A DNA stretch of 64,000 bases, taken from an uncultured virus (IMG/VR IMGVR_UViG_3300037234_000698). Its lineage: Duplodnaviria > Heunggongvirae > Uroviricota > Caudoviricetes. Below, piece after piece: positions 34,641 to 43,598 of the stretch. A model generated the notes under the pieces. That model was not told where the DNA came from. It saw only the letters and a program-made list of their open reading frames with translations, and did not search any database. The stretch lies in the IMG/VR virus record IMGVR_UViG_3300037234_000698; one strand, 5' to 3'. Position 1 is the first letter of the stretch. Each line of letters begins with the position of its first letter. Made by a program: the position numbers and the translations under genes.

Positions 34641-35939
34641 CTAGTTGCCGAACCCGCCGGCGAAAATGCCGCCGTAGAGCACGCCGGGCTTGTCGTAGCC
34701 CGTGCCGGCCCGCGCGATCTTGCGAGTGAAGCTGCGGGTCGGGATGGCCGCCACCATAGGCTTGCGGCCGATTTGCCGGAGCATGGAACCTCGCGCGGTG
34801 CCGCCGAGGTAGGCGCGACTCAGGGGATCGCCGCCGAGCTCTTCCTCGACACCGAGATCCTCTTCCAGGCCGAGCTCCTCTTCGAGCGCGCCCAGCTCTT
34901 CCTCGAGCTGGCCGACCTCGACGTAGTCGCTCATGGTGATGTCGTCGTCGATGGGCTCGGCGCCGACTTCGAGGTAGTCGCCCACCTCGACGTAGTCAGA
35001 CATCGCCTCGTCGTAGATGCCATAGTCGGCCAGGCCGAACATGGCTTTGACGTTGGCCGGGGCGAACGCCGACAGGACGTTGTCGATCAGGTTGAGGCCG
35101 GTTCCGACCATGATGCCGGGGCGCCACTTCTTGAGCACCTTGACCTTCTTGGTCGCCATGTGCGCGCCGACGAACAGGAGGCCTGCCATCGCCGTGCTCT
35201 GGTACTGAGCCGGGATCATGTTGAAGCCGGGGATCTTGCCGGCGAGCTTGTAGCTCACGAACCGCGCGCCGTAGAGCGAAGCGGCGACTGGGAGTGCCTG
35301 CTTGATGACTCCACCGAGCGTGTTCATCTTCGCGTTGGGATTCGACCGCATCCGGTACCGGCGCTTGGTCGCGTGGGCCAGGGGCGTCTTGTACTTATTC
35401 TTGACCGACCGGCGAGCTCGCAGCATCGAGCGCTGGGTGCTCGGGCGCGGATTCCGACGCTTCCGACGGACGCGACGCTTCCGGCGACTGGCCGGGTTGC
35501 GCACGGTCACGCTCACGGTGCGGCGACGCTTGGTGGTGCGGCGGCGAGCGCGAGTGCGAGTGGCCGGCTTGCGGGTGCGGCGCCTGGCGGCTGCTTTGCG
35601 CTTGCGCGTGCGGGCGGCCTTCTTGCCAGCGGCTACGCGCTTCGGACTCTTCCGCTTCGTGGCTGCGCGCTTCGTGGTGCGGCGCTTGCGAGCCTTCCGG
35701 GCGGGGTTCTTTCGTGTGCGGCGAGCTTTGAGGCGACGCATTCGCTTGCTGTGCGCCTTCTTAGCCGCCCCGAACAGTTTTTTGGCCATGGCCGTTCTCC
35801 CTTTCGTGGCTGGTTTGGTGGCGGCGTTTTTCCGAACGCCGGTGGGCCGTCTTAGTGTTGCTCGCGAGCCTTCCGCAGTGCGACGGCGGGTGGGCCGGCT
35901 TCGTCGCTTCGGTGCTGGATTGGCGTACCAGAGTGGCAA
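34641..35939 (-). CDS. putative core/membrane protein: very basic NP-punctuated N-terminus, hydrophobic middle, acidic repeat tail
   Basis: R/K-rich first ~200 aa with ANP, RKNP, VRNP, RRNP, RSNP; DY(V/L)EVG x3; EE(E/D)LG x4; second RBS-led in-frame ATG at 35789. Confidence 0.8.
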   Translation of the reverse strand: MPLWYANPAPKRRSRPTRRRTAEGSRATLRRPTGVRKNAATKPATKGRTAMAKKLFGAAKKAHSKRMRRLKARRTRKNPARKARKRRTTKRAATKRKSPKRVAAGKKAARTRKRKAAARRRTRKPATRTRARRRTTKRRRTVSVTVRNPASRRKRRVRRKRRNPRPSTQRSMLRARRSVKNKYKTPLAHATKRRYRMRSNPNAKMNTLGGVIKQALPVAASLYGARFVSYKLAGKIPGFNMIPAQYQSTAMAGLLFVGAHMATKKVKVLKKWRPGIMVGTGLNLIDNVLSAFAPANVKAMFGLADYGIYDEAMSDYVEVGDYLEVGAEPIDDDITMSDYVEVGQLEEELGALEEELGLEEDLGVEEELGGDPLSRAYLGGTARGSMLRQIGRKPMVAAIPTRSFTRKIARAGTGYDKPGVLYGGIFAGGFGN

Positions 35940-36071
35940 GTATCTCTCCGTGGGCTACGCGAGTTCCCCGCTCGCATCGCGCGCTGACCGGAGAGTCCAG
36001 TGCTCGGTGCGAGTTGATCGAAACAGGACGGGAACCTTGTGTCAAGTCTAGTGTCGCCGTCGGCCGCCATG

Positions 36072-36560
36072 TTAGTTGACGATCCCACGCGCCTCGACGG
36101 TCAGCCGACCGCCCCAGATGAGGGCCAGCACCTTGCTCTGGTCCTGAATAACCAGCAGCGCCTTGCCGGACGGGATCGCGAAGAGCACGGGCAGCGGGCG
36201 CTTGCCCTTGGCCTCGACCTTCGAGCCGTCGGCCGCCTCGTAGGCGAAGCCCAGGCAGTCGCCGAGACGCCACAGTCCCTCGACTCCGCGGATGTAGCGG
36301 GGAACGCGGCGGTCGGGGCCGTCGGCATCGGGATCGGCGCGGTAGACGTTCACGCCGGCTTTGTGATCGTGGATGTAGTCGATCACGCCTTCGTCGGCTC
36401 CGGTCGTGGGGTTCAGCTTGTCGCTCCGGTAGAGCACGTTGACCGCCGGCCCCGCCAGGCGTGCCCACTCGGGGATGTCGAAGGATCTGGGAAACTTTCC
36501 GACCTTCCGGGGCTCGAGTTGGTGAAACTCGATGTACGACCGGACCCCGGCGACGCTCAT
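36072..36560 (-). CDS. hypothetical protein (putative virion protein)
   Basis: Coupled ORF; FH...YRSDK...YIHDH...P.L...WGGRL.V..RGI. Confidence 0.7.
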   Translation of the reverse strand: MSVAGVRSYIEFHQLEPRKVGKFPRSFDIPEWARLAGPAVNVLYRSDKLNPTTGADEGVIDYIHDHKAGVNVYRADPDADGPDRRVPRYIRGVEGLWRLGDCLGFAYEAADGSKVEAKGKRPLPVLFAIPSGKALLVIQDQSKVLALIWGGRLTVEARGIVN

Positions 36561-36862
36561 GCGACATGCTTCCAGAGGAGATAGGCGCAGAGGCCGAGCA
36601 GGCCGATCTTGACCAGGCCGCCGGACCCGTCGGTCGCGCCGAGCTCGGCGCCCCCGACCGAGGACACGCGCCCCTGGGCGTGCTCACCGGAGCCGACCAG
36701 GCGCGCCGCGGCCGGAAGCGGCCAGGCCGCCTGCGACGGCGTCGCGCCGAGGGTGCGGCTGCGAAGGTGAGTCGGCTTGCCGACGTTGGCCTTCGCCTCG
36801 ACGCCCGGCGCTTCGTAGTAGTCGAAGACGCCGGCGCCCTGGTTCCAGACGGAGTAGATCAT
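36557..36862 (-). CDS. tail-anchored membrane protein
   Basis: YSVWN....FDYYE; TLGAT, ELGAT; C-terminal TM. Confidence 0.75.
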   Translation of the reverse strand: MIYSVWNQGAGVFDYYEAPGVEAKANVGKPTHLRSRTLGATPSQAAWPLPAAARLVGSGEHAQGRVSSVGGAELGATDGSGGLVKIGLLGLCAYLLWKHVA

Positions 36863-36864
36863 GG

Positions 36865-37476
36865 CTACCCTGGCGCCTTCGCTACCGTGACGTTCCTCTT
36901 GCCGGCGCGTCGGCGCCGCGCTGCGAAGTCTTGGGCAGCGCGCTTCGTCGTGAATCTCCCCGCGACCTTGCGCCTACCACCTGGGCGCTGATCTACGCCC
37001 CAGTATTCCGCGACGTGCCATTTGATGTTCGTTCGACGAGAACGACCGCGTTTGCCCCACCGCCGGCCAGGATTGCGCCGCCGCCGCGTTGGTTTCTTTC
37101 GCACGAGGAAGTACCAGGCAGCGAGGCCCGCGGCGCCGAGCAGAAGGAGCTTCTGCTCGTTGTCGGACATGCCGGACCAGAACCCCAGCGGCGCGCCCCC
37201 TTCGCCGGGGTCAAGCGGTTCTGGTCCTGCGGGTCGGAGAGCTGGCCAGTCGCCGGGGGCAATTACGTGGGGGGGTTCGTCGGTGTCACCTTCCTCGCCG
37301 CGGAGGGCGGGGAAGTTCATTGAATAGGGAGTGAGTCCGGACTCTTCGATGTCGTACTCGCCGAGTCCGCGGCTCTCGGCAGCAGGGAGGCCCTGGGGGA
37401 CGCCGCCGGCGCCGCCATGCCAGTTGAAGGCGTAGCGACCGCCCTGGTATCCGAATCGGTAGTAGGGAGAGGACAT
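36865..37476 (-). CDS. membrane protein with basic RRRRNP tail
   Basis: RGLGE, PLGFW, TM, RRRRNPGRR. Confidence 0.75.
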   Translation of the reverse strand: MSSPYYRFGYQGGRYAFNWHGGAGGVPQGLPAAESRGLGEYDIEESGLTPYSMNFPALRGEEGDTDEPPHVIAPGDWPALRPAGPEPLDPGEGGAPLGFWSGMSDNEQKLLLLGAAGLAAWYFLVRKKPTRRRRNPGRRWGKRGRSRRTNIKWHVAEYWGVDQRPGGRRKVAGRFTTKRAAQDFAARRRRAGKRNVTVAKAPG

Positions 37477-37479
37477 GGC

Positions 37480-37779
37480 TCACTTCGCTTTCTTGCGCTT
37501 GCCGAAACCCTGCGCGATGGCAATCACGTTGGTGATCGGAGGCGAGGCCACGCCGAGCAGCGACCAGACAAGCGCCCAGGCGACGGAGTTGCTGCGCCGG
37601 TAGCCGTGGAAGGCCGCCGCAAGGCCGCCGATCACGCGCGCCTCCCTCGACCAAAGGAAATCGAGCTTGCCGGGGGTGCCAGGCGGGCTCCCAAACTGGC
37701 CCATGCCGCGCTGGTCGAGCGCGTAGTAGCGCGGCATCGGCCGCGCGTTGACTTGTCCGTTCCAGGCGGGGTGGTACAT
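37480..37779 (-). CDS. small multi-TM protein
   Basis: RGMGQ; AAFHGYRR..S..WAL.W; QGFGKRK. Confidence 0.75.
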   Translation of the reverse strand: MYHPAWNGQVNARPMPRYYALDQRGMGQFGSPPGTPGKLDFLWSREARVIGGLAAAFHGYRRSNSVAWALVWSLLGVASPPITNVIAIAQGFGKRKKAK

Positions 37780-38285
37780 CAGCGCCTCCGCTTCTTGGGC
37801 TTGTCGAAGAAGAGAAACCAGAGGCCGAAGCCGCCGAGGAGGATAAAGGTCAGCGGCATGGTCGCGACCTGCGGTGCCCTCGCTCCGATCTTGCCCTTGC
37901 CGCCGACATAGTCCGGCGCCATGAGCAGCTCGATCTCCGGCGCCGGCGCCAGGCCCCAGTCGTCGGCGTCTTCTCTGAACATGGCGGTGATCGCCTTGGC
38001 GTACTTCCCGATCTGCCTGGCGTAATCCTTGACGCCGCTCGGGCCGTGGAAGGCTTCCATTAGCTCGGCCGTTTTCCTGACTGCGGCCGTGGTTTTCGAC
38101 CCGAGGTTGCCGTCAATCTTGAGGGGGAGGTTGGGCACGGGGCCGAGGGTCCACCCCTTCGAGTTGTAGTGCTTCCCCAGGCGGTTTGTTTCCGCCTGGA
38201 GCGCGGCGAGCTGCACGTCCCCCGCGACCTCGATAGCCCCGAGGCCGCCGCTGAATCGCTCTGGTCCTGCGTCGACGTAGCCCAC
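37779..38285 (-). CDS. tail-anchored protein with peptidoglycan-binding-like (PG_binding_1) domain
   Basis: GGAGG RBS, GTG start; LQ..TN...LKIDGNLGSKTTAAV; TM plus KKRRR. Confidence 0.7.
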   Translation of the reverse strand: MGYVDAGPERFSGGLGAIEVAGDVQLAALQAETNRLGKHYNSKGWTLGPVPNLPLKIDGNLGSKTTAAVRKTAELMEAFHGPSGVKDYARQIGKYAKAITAMFREDADDWGLAPAPEIELLMAPDYVGGKGKIGARAPQVATMPLTFILLGGFGLWFLFFDKPKKRRR

Positions 38286-38295
38286 GGTGCCCTCC

Positions 38296-38886
38296 CTAGA
38301 ACCAGCTGTAGGTGACCCGGCGCTTGGCCTTCCGACGCGCCTTCCGCTTCTTCTTTGCCTTCGGCGTCTGAGACTTCCAGAGCAGAATCGCGCCGATGCC
38401 GAGCGCGGCCAGGCCGAGCGGCGAGGTGAGCGCACCGGCGAGGCCGGCGGTGCTGAGCTTCGCCTTGGGCTCGAGGGGGCCGAGGTCAATGCCCTTGCCG
38501 CTGTCGATGACGGGCGGGCCGCCCTCTGCGACCACCGCCGGCGCCCCGGCCGCCGCATTGAAGGTCTGCAGCTGGCCGATCAGGTTGTCGATGACTGTGC
38601 AGAGCGCGTCGCAGTGAGAGAAGCTGGTGCCGAAAAACGCATTGGTCGCCTTGACGGTTTCGGGGCCAGGGCGCGCGTCAACCCAGAGCGCCTTCGGAAC
38701 CGACTCGCCAGCCTTCCGTTTAACGAAGAGCGCACGGTTCAGCTCGCGCTGGTAGTCCTTGAACAGCTCTGCAGCCGGCACGTCCATCGGCTTGCAGATG
38801 TTCTTGAGCGGCTTGCACCGCCCCTGGGGGTTCTGGTCGGAACACCACTTGGTCATCTCGATGTCTGCGAAGGGGAAGTAGCTCAT
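38296..38886 (-). CDS. tail-anchored protein with degenerate PG-binding-like domain
   Basis: MSYFPFAD; YQRELN...LWVDARPGPETVKA; TM plus basic tail. Confidence 0.68.
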   Translation of the reverse strand: MSYFPFADIEMTKWCSDQNPQGRCKPLKNICKPMDVPAAELFKDYQRELNRALFVKRKAGESVPKALWVDARPGPETVKATNAFFGTSFSHCDALCTVIDNLIGQLQTFNAAAGAPAVVAEGGPPVIDSGKGIDLGPLEPKAKLSTAGLAGALTSPLGLAALGIGAILLWKSQTPKAKKKRKARRKAKRRVTYSWF

Positions 38887-38901
38887 GGTGGCCGATCCTT
38901 T

Positions 38902-39390
38902 CTAGCGGAACCACTTGTACCAGATGAGTGCGGCGGCGCCGATCCAGGGGAGCGGGCTCGCCATGACGTCGCCGAGCAGTCCCGAGAGTGGGTCCGGCGT
39001 TGCGTAGTCGTAGTCGGCCATCGGCTGCTCGTAGATGCTGCCGCCGCGGTTCACGAGCCCCTTCTCCCAGGGCTTGCCCGCGAGCACATCGCCGTAGAGC
39101 TGCGTCCACGTCTTGTCGTGCCACGCCGGGCCGGCGTACTTGCGCAGCGCGCGGATTGTCTTGATGCCGAGGCCGCCGTCCACGTCGAGGTGGGCGCCGC
39201 GCTTGTTGAGAATCTGCTGCAGACCCTGGACGATCTGAATCACGCCCTGGGCGTAGGGGTCCGAGGTCCGCGGGAGCTCGAACATGTAGGGGATAGACAT
39301 GACCGCGTTGAACTGGCCGACGCCTCCCGCCAGCAAGAGCTCGCGGACGTCCTCGAAGCGGCCCTGGTGTTTCGTGCTCGTGCTCCTCAT
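38902..39390 (-). CDS. tail-anchored protein with PG_binding_1-like domain
   Basis: VQGLQQILN..G..LDVDGGLG.KT.RAL; C-terminal TM. Confidence 0.75.
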   Translation of the reverse strand: MRSTSTKHQGRFEDVRELLLAGGVGQFNAVMSIPYMFELPRTSDPYAQGVIQIVQGLQQILNKRGAHLDVDGGLGIKTIRALRKYAGPAWHDKTWTQLYGDVLAGKPWEKGLVNRGGSIYEQPMADYDYATPDPLSGLLGDVMASPLPWIGAAALIWYKWFR

Positions 39391-40376
39391 CAGGTGTGAC
39401 CTTTCTTCTTGTCCTTCTTGAGCAGCAGCCACCACAGAAGGAACGCGACCCCGCCGTACATCGAATACTTGATGAGCTTGCCGATCATCCCGGCGGCCTT
39501 CGATGCGATGTCGGCCATGGCGGCGAGGCTGTCGGGGATGATGTCGAACGCGGCCCCGACTTTCTTGCTGACCGCCCAGACGTACTCGCCGATGGTCGCG
39601 AACACTTCCCACACGAAGTCAACGATGCCCAAGAACCAGGGCCGGATGTCTTCGAGAAAGGCGATTGTCTCGAAGAAACGCGCCACCGCGCCGAGTATGA
39701 AGATCACGCGCTCGCGAATGCCGCCGCCGGCCTGATTGCGATCCATGCACGCTGGCTGATCGTCGAGGCCGATCTCGACGGCCTTCGCTAGCGAGATGGT
39801 GCCGCGCTCGTACTTGTCGTCGGTCCAGGGCAGCCCGGCGTTCTTCTTGTACTCCTCGATGATCGGCCAGAGGGCGTTGTTGATCGGGCCGAAGCCCCAC
39901 TTCCCGTACCAGTCGTTCCGGAGGGTGTTGAAGGCCCGGTCGTATGCCTCTCCGACGTACGCCCGCGTGATCCCCTTGTTGCGAAGATCCTGGGTGAGCG
40001 CGTCCAATTTGAAAACGAAGGCGCCGAGCTCGTCGCGGATCTTGATGATGGCGGCGACGCTGGTGCAGTGTCCGGTCGCCGGCCAAGTCTTCATAAGTAG
40101 GTCGCGGTCCTCCCCTATCTGTTTGGCCAGCGACTTCATGTCCGACACCGAGGAAATCCCGAAGTCGCCATAGAGCGCCTTGGCCGGCGCCTTGGCCGCC
40201 TCCATGTCAGCCACGCTGATCACCGGCTCGCCTGTATCCGCGACCACGTCCTGCCCGAGGCCGCCGCCGAAGTGGCGACGTGGCGGGAAGCCGTTGAACT
40301 TCCGGCCGGCGAACTGGCGAAGGGTGTCGCGGTCGACCGCCTCCCACTTCGCCCTCTGGTATGCGACGTAGTCCAC
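39390..40376 (-). CDS. tail-anchored helical membrane protein
   Basis: AGGAG RBS; GGGLGQD; TM plus KKDKKK. Confidence 0.75.
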   Translation of the reverse strand: MDYVAYQRAKWEAVDRDTLRQFAGRKFNGFPPRRHFGGGLGQDVVADTGEPVISVADMEAAKAPAKALYGDFGISSVSDMKSLAKQIGEDRDLLMKTWPATGHCTSVAAIIKIRDELGAFVFKLDALTQDLRNKGITRAYVGEAYDRAFNTLRNDWYGKWGFGPINNALWPIIEEYKKNAGLPWTDDKYERGTISLAKAVEIGLDDQPACMDRNQAGGGIRERVIFILGAVARFFETIAFLEDIRPWFLGIVDFVWEVFATIGEYVWAVSKKVGAAFDIIPDSLAAMADIASKAAGMIGKLIKYSMYGGVAFLLWWLLLKKDKKKGHT

Positions 40377-40385
40377 GGCGTTCTC

Positions 40386-41357
40386 CTATTTCAGGGCCAG
40401 CACCAGGACCAGGACGCCGCCGCCGATGGCCGCCGGCAGAACCCAGCCGGGCATACCGCCAGCCGCGCCAGGGGTCGGGGTGTTCAGGGCCTGCTGCGCG
40501 GCGGCGCTGTCGCCGTTCTTGCCGCAGAGGGTCTGGGCGAAGGCGAGCCCGGTGGTTCCCGCCTGGGGCGGTGCGCCCATCGCGGCGGCGCCGGCGCCGG
40601 CCGCCAGGGGAGCGACGCTCGAGTTGGCGACAGAGCAGGCCAGGCCGCCCAGTTTCTGGACGCCCTTGCTCACCCAGCTGGTGGCCGTCGAGGCGCCGCC
40701 GGCGACCTTGCCGCCGACATACTTGGCTGCGTCGCGGACCTTCTTGGCCGCGCAGATGGGACCGCAGAAGCCCAGGGCCTGCAGCTGGCCTGGCCCGGCG
40801 GCGCGCTTCTGCAGCACCTTCTCGCCGGTCTTGACGAGCTCGGCGATCATTCCGTTGGCGAGGCACACGGCCAGCGCCTTCTGCATCGCCGCTTTCGGCG
40901 GTAGGCCCTTGGCCTTGAACTTGGCCGCTTCCGCGGCGACGCGATCCCAGAGCGACTTGTCGACCGAGTCGAGAAGAGCTCGCATCGCGATGGCGCGGTT
41001 AGCGGGCTCGACCTCGTTGATCGTCCGCATGATCCACTCCGACGCCCGAAGGCCGTAGGCCTGGATCGGGTCGCCGCCGCCGACACCGCCGAGGGCGTCG
41101 AGCTGGTAGACCTCGGCCGCGCCGAGCGTGTCGCAACCCAGGCTGCCCAGGCCCTTGTCGCAGCCGAGCGTAGCGTCGGTGCGGCCAGTGAGCTCGCGCG
41201 AAACCGGCTTGGCCAGGTAGTCGGGCACCATCTGTGAGATTGTCCCGCGCGGGAGCCACTTCGTGGTGATGGTCCCGCGGCCGGGTGGTTCCGCCATCAC
41301 GTAGTCGGGGATGGCGTAGTGTGGATTGTAGGGGTGCGGGAGGTGATAGAAGCTCAT
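40386..41357 (-). CDS. tail-anchored protein with LG repeats
   Basis: MSFYHLP; TLGCDKGLGSLGCDTLGA; TM ending LALK. Confidence 0.75.
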   Translation of the reverse strand: MSFYHLPHPYNPHYAIPDYVMAEPPGRGTITTKWLPRGTISQMVPDYLAKPVSRELTGRTDATLGCDKGLGSLGCDTLGAAEVYQLDALGGVGGGDPIQAYGLRASEWIMRTINEVEPANRAIAMRALLDSVDKSLWDRVAAEAAKFKAKGLPPKAAMQKALAVCLANGMIAELVKTGEKVLQKRAAGPGQLQALGFCGPICAAKKVRDAAKYVGGKVAGGASTATSWVSKGVQKLGGLACSVANSSVAPLAAGAGAAAMGAPPQAGTTGLAFAQTLCGKNGDSAAAQQALNTPTPGAAGGMPGWVLPAAIGGGVLVLVLALK

Positions 41358-41368
41358 GGTTTCTCCTA

Positions 41369-41926
41369 CTAGGCCACTGGCCATATCTTGACGTGCTTGA
41401 CTCGTCGGAGCATCTCGCCGGAGTCCTCGGCGGCAACGGGGTCGAGAACGATCCACGTTGCCGTGCGCGGCTCGCGGACCTGGATGTAGACGTGCTGGTA
41501 CTGGCGTCTACCTTTAAACCGGAGGTCGCGGAAGGCGACGGTGACGATCCGGACCTCGCGGCCGAGCACGAGGAAGAGCCCGACAAGCAGGGTCACCAGA
41601 TCGTCGCAGTCCAGGCTCGGACGCCAGCCGCCGCGCAAGCGCTCGACCGCTTCCTTGATACGCGCCAGGATCTCGCGCGGTGAGCGCACGAGCTCGACGG
41701 TGCGGGGGTCGTTCGCGTAGCGGGTGTGGGAGAGGGTCCAGTAGTAGACCGCCAGGATCTCGGAGAGGTAGTCCTTAGACCCGAGGTTGCCGACGATGTC
41801 CTCGGCGAGCATCCGGAGCGGATAAAAGGTCTGCGCTTCGAGCGCTACCCGCTTGATGTGCGCGACAGTGTGCGGAGCCCCGCGAAAGGGCTCGGTGATC
41901 ACCCTGCCATGTGAGCCGAGTTGCAA
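41369..41926 (-). CDS. transglutaminase-like (papain-fold) cysteine protease; candidate virion maturation enzyme
   Basis: Y..DP..VEL...P; LDCDD (Cys), QHVY (His), W..LDP (Asp) triad. Confidence 0.85.
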   Translation of the reverse strand: MQLGSHGRVITEPFRGAPHTVAHIKRVALEAQTFYPLRMLAEDIVGNLGSKDYLSEILAVYYWTLSHTRYANDPRTVELVRSPREILARIKEAVERLRGGWRPSLDCDDLVTLLVGLFLVLGREVRIVTVAFRDLRFKGRRQYQHVYIQVREPRTATWIVLDPVAAEDSGEMLRRVKHVKIWPVA

Positions 41927-41965
41927 CCTGTCATCAGCGATCTACCGGAGAGAGAGAGCCTATCA

Positions 41966-43597
41966 TCACTCGGTCGTTCCTTCGAGCAGCTGTTTCCCCA
42001 CTGCCCGCGCGAAGTTCCGACCCGTCTGGGTGGTCAAGGGACTACCCGGCTCCAATCGTGCCACCTTGTTGAGGAACTCGTCAACGCCAACGTGCTGGAT
42101 GAAGCGGAGGATGTCGCCGGGGATCAGCGATCTAGCGGTCGCGGCGAACTGGGCGGGATCGGTGTTGTTCTGGATCGCGCTCTCCATGAAGTTGACCGCG
42201 ATGGCGACCTCGGCGGCGTCCGGCGGCCTGGGGGGCGCCTCGCCCCCGGCAGCGGCTGCCTCGCCCTCGGCTGGCGCCCCCGCCTGGGCAGCCTGGGCGG
42301 CCTCGGCCTGCTTGCGCGCCTTCGCTTGAGCGGCGCCCGCTCGGCGCTGGTGCTGCGCCATGTCCACCGGCGTCACGCTGTTGTCGGGGTTCCTGACGTA
42401 GACCTGGCCGTCGGGGCCTTGGAAGGGCATCCCGACCGGCGGGAGCATCTGCTGCGGCTCGGCCGCTGGCTGCTCCCCGCCGCCGACCATCTTATTGATC
42501 AGGGCGAGCGCGGCCTCGGAGTTTCCAGCCGCCGCCAGAGCCCGCTCGTACCACGGCTTGTCGCCGTCGTCGTCGCCGCCGAGCCCTGATAGCGCCTCCT
42601 TGACCTTGATCAGCTCGTCGGCCTTCTCCGGAAGTGTCTGGTCTTTCCTGGCGCGCAGCGCGGCGAGCTCGGAGCGGGCCTCGGTGAGCTCGCGGTTGAG
42701 CCGGTTGGTTTCGGTCTTGAGCCCGTCGGTGCGCGTACCGTAGGCCACGTCGTTCGATTTGACCTGGCCCTCGTAGGAGTGCCTCATCATGTCGATCTCG
42801 CGCTCGTGGCGGCGGTCGGCCTGCTTGATGTCGTCGCGGTGCTGCTCGCGGATCGTCTTGACCTCCGCGCCGTGGTTCTCTCGAAGCTGGCGCATCTCGG
42901 AGTTGAACTGCTGGCGCAGCGCTTCGATGCGCGCCGACTCGCCGTCGACCATCTTTTCGAGGATTCGGTCGCGGAAGGGATCGGTGGCGGGCTTCGCCGA
43001 CGCCTGGTCGAACACGCGGCCCTGCAGCTCGCGCACGAGGGTCTGGGCCGACTCGAGCTGGGCTATCAGCGGCGCGTTGAGCGCGGTCATAGCCTGGTAG
43101 TCGAGGCCGCCGCTGCCGTTGCGGTTCCGCTCTTCGGCGTCCTCTGCTCTCTGCTGTGCGAGCCGCATGTTTCGCTCCATTGCTGAAAACGCCTGCGAGG
43201 CGAGGGGATCGCTGGCCGCCTCGGGCGGCGCCTGGGCGCCGGCTGACACGATCTGCTGGCCGTGCATCTTGGGGTCGCCCGCGATCTTGATCGTGCGAGC
43301 TCGGAAGTATTGCCAGCCGCCGTCGGGCTTCGGTATCGACACCTTCAACTGGTAGGTTCCGCCGCCCCACACGTCGCGGATGTAGTCCTCATCGACGCGC
43401 TCTTCGCGCGTTTCGAGGCTGCCGCCCGTCGTGGTGCCGTTGTACTCCTCGGGTCGCTTGCGAATGATCGCTACCTTGACCAACCCCTCGCCGGCGAGGC
43501 TGTCGATCCACTCGCGGACGCTGCCCGCGTCCTCTTCCCGCATCTGCTTGGCGGTGGTGCCGGCAGCGGCGGGGGCGTTCTCTGTGGCGGTTTCCAT
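41966..43597 (-). CDS. large coiled-coil protein
   Basis: 543 aa; long E/R/Q/K heptad region. Confidence 0.8.
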   Translation of the reverse strand: METATENAPAAAGTTAKQMREEDAGSVREWIDSLAGEGLVKVAIIRKRPEEYNGTTTGGSLETREERVDEDYIRDVWGGGTYQLKVSIPKPDGGWQYFRARTIKIAGDPKMHGQQIVSAGAQAPPEAASDPLASQAFSAMERNMRLAQQRAEDAEERNRNGSGGLDYQAMTALNAPLIAQLESAQTLVRELQGRVFDQASAKPATDPFRDRILEKMVDGESARIEALRQQFNSEMRQLRENHGAEVKTIREQHRDDIKQADRRHEREIDMMRHSYEGQVKSNDVAYGTRTDGLKTETNRLNRELTEARSELAALRARKDQTLPEKADELIKVKEALSGLGGDDDGDKPWYERALAAAGNSEAALALINKMVGGGEQPAAEPQQMLPPVGMPFQGPDGQVYVRNPDNSVTPVDMAQHQRRAGAAQAKARKQAEAAQAAQAGAPAEGEAAAAGGEAPPRPPDAAEVAIAVNFMESAIQNNTDPAQFAATARSLIPGDILRFIQHVGVDEFLNKVARLEPGSPLTTQTGRNFARAVGKQLLEGTTE

Positions 43598-43598
43598 C

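Noticed and set aside
41966..43597. Tape measure, portal or SMC/packaging ATPase
   Set aside because: It is a coiled coil without a Walker A motif or recognisable portal/tape-measure features; left unassigned.
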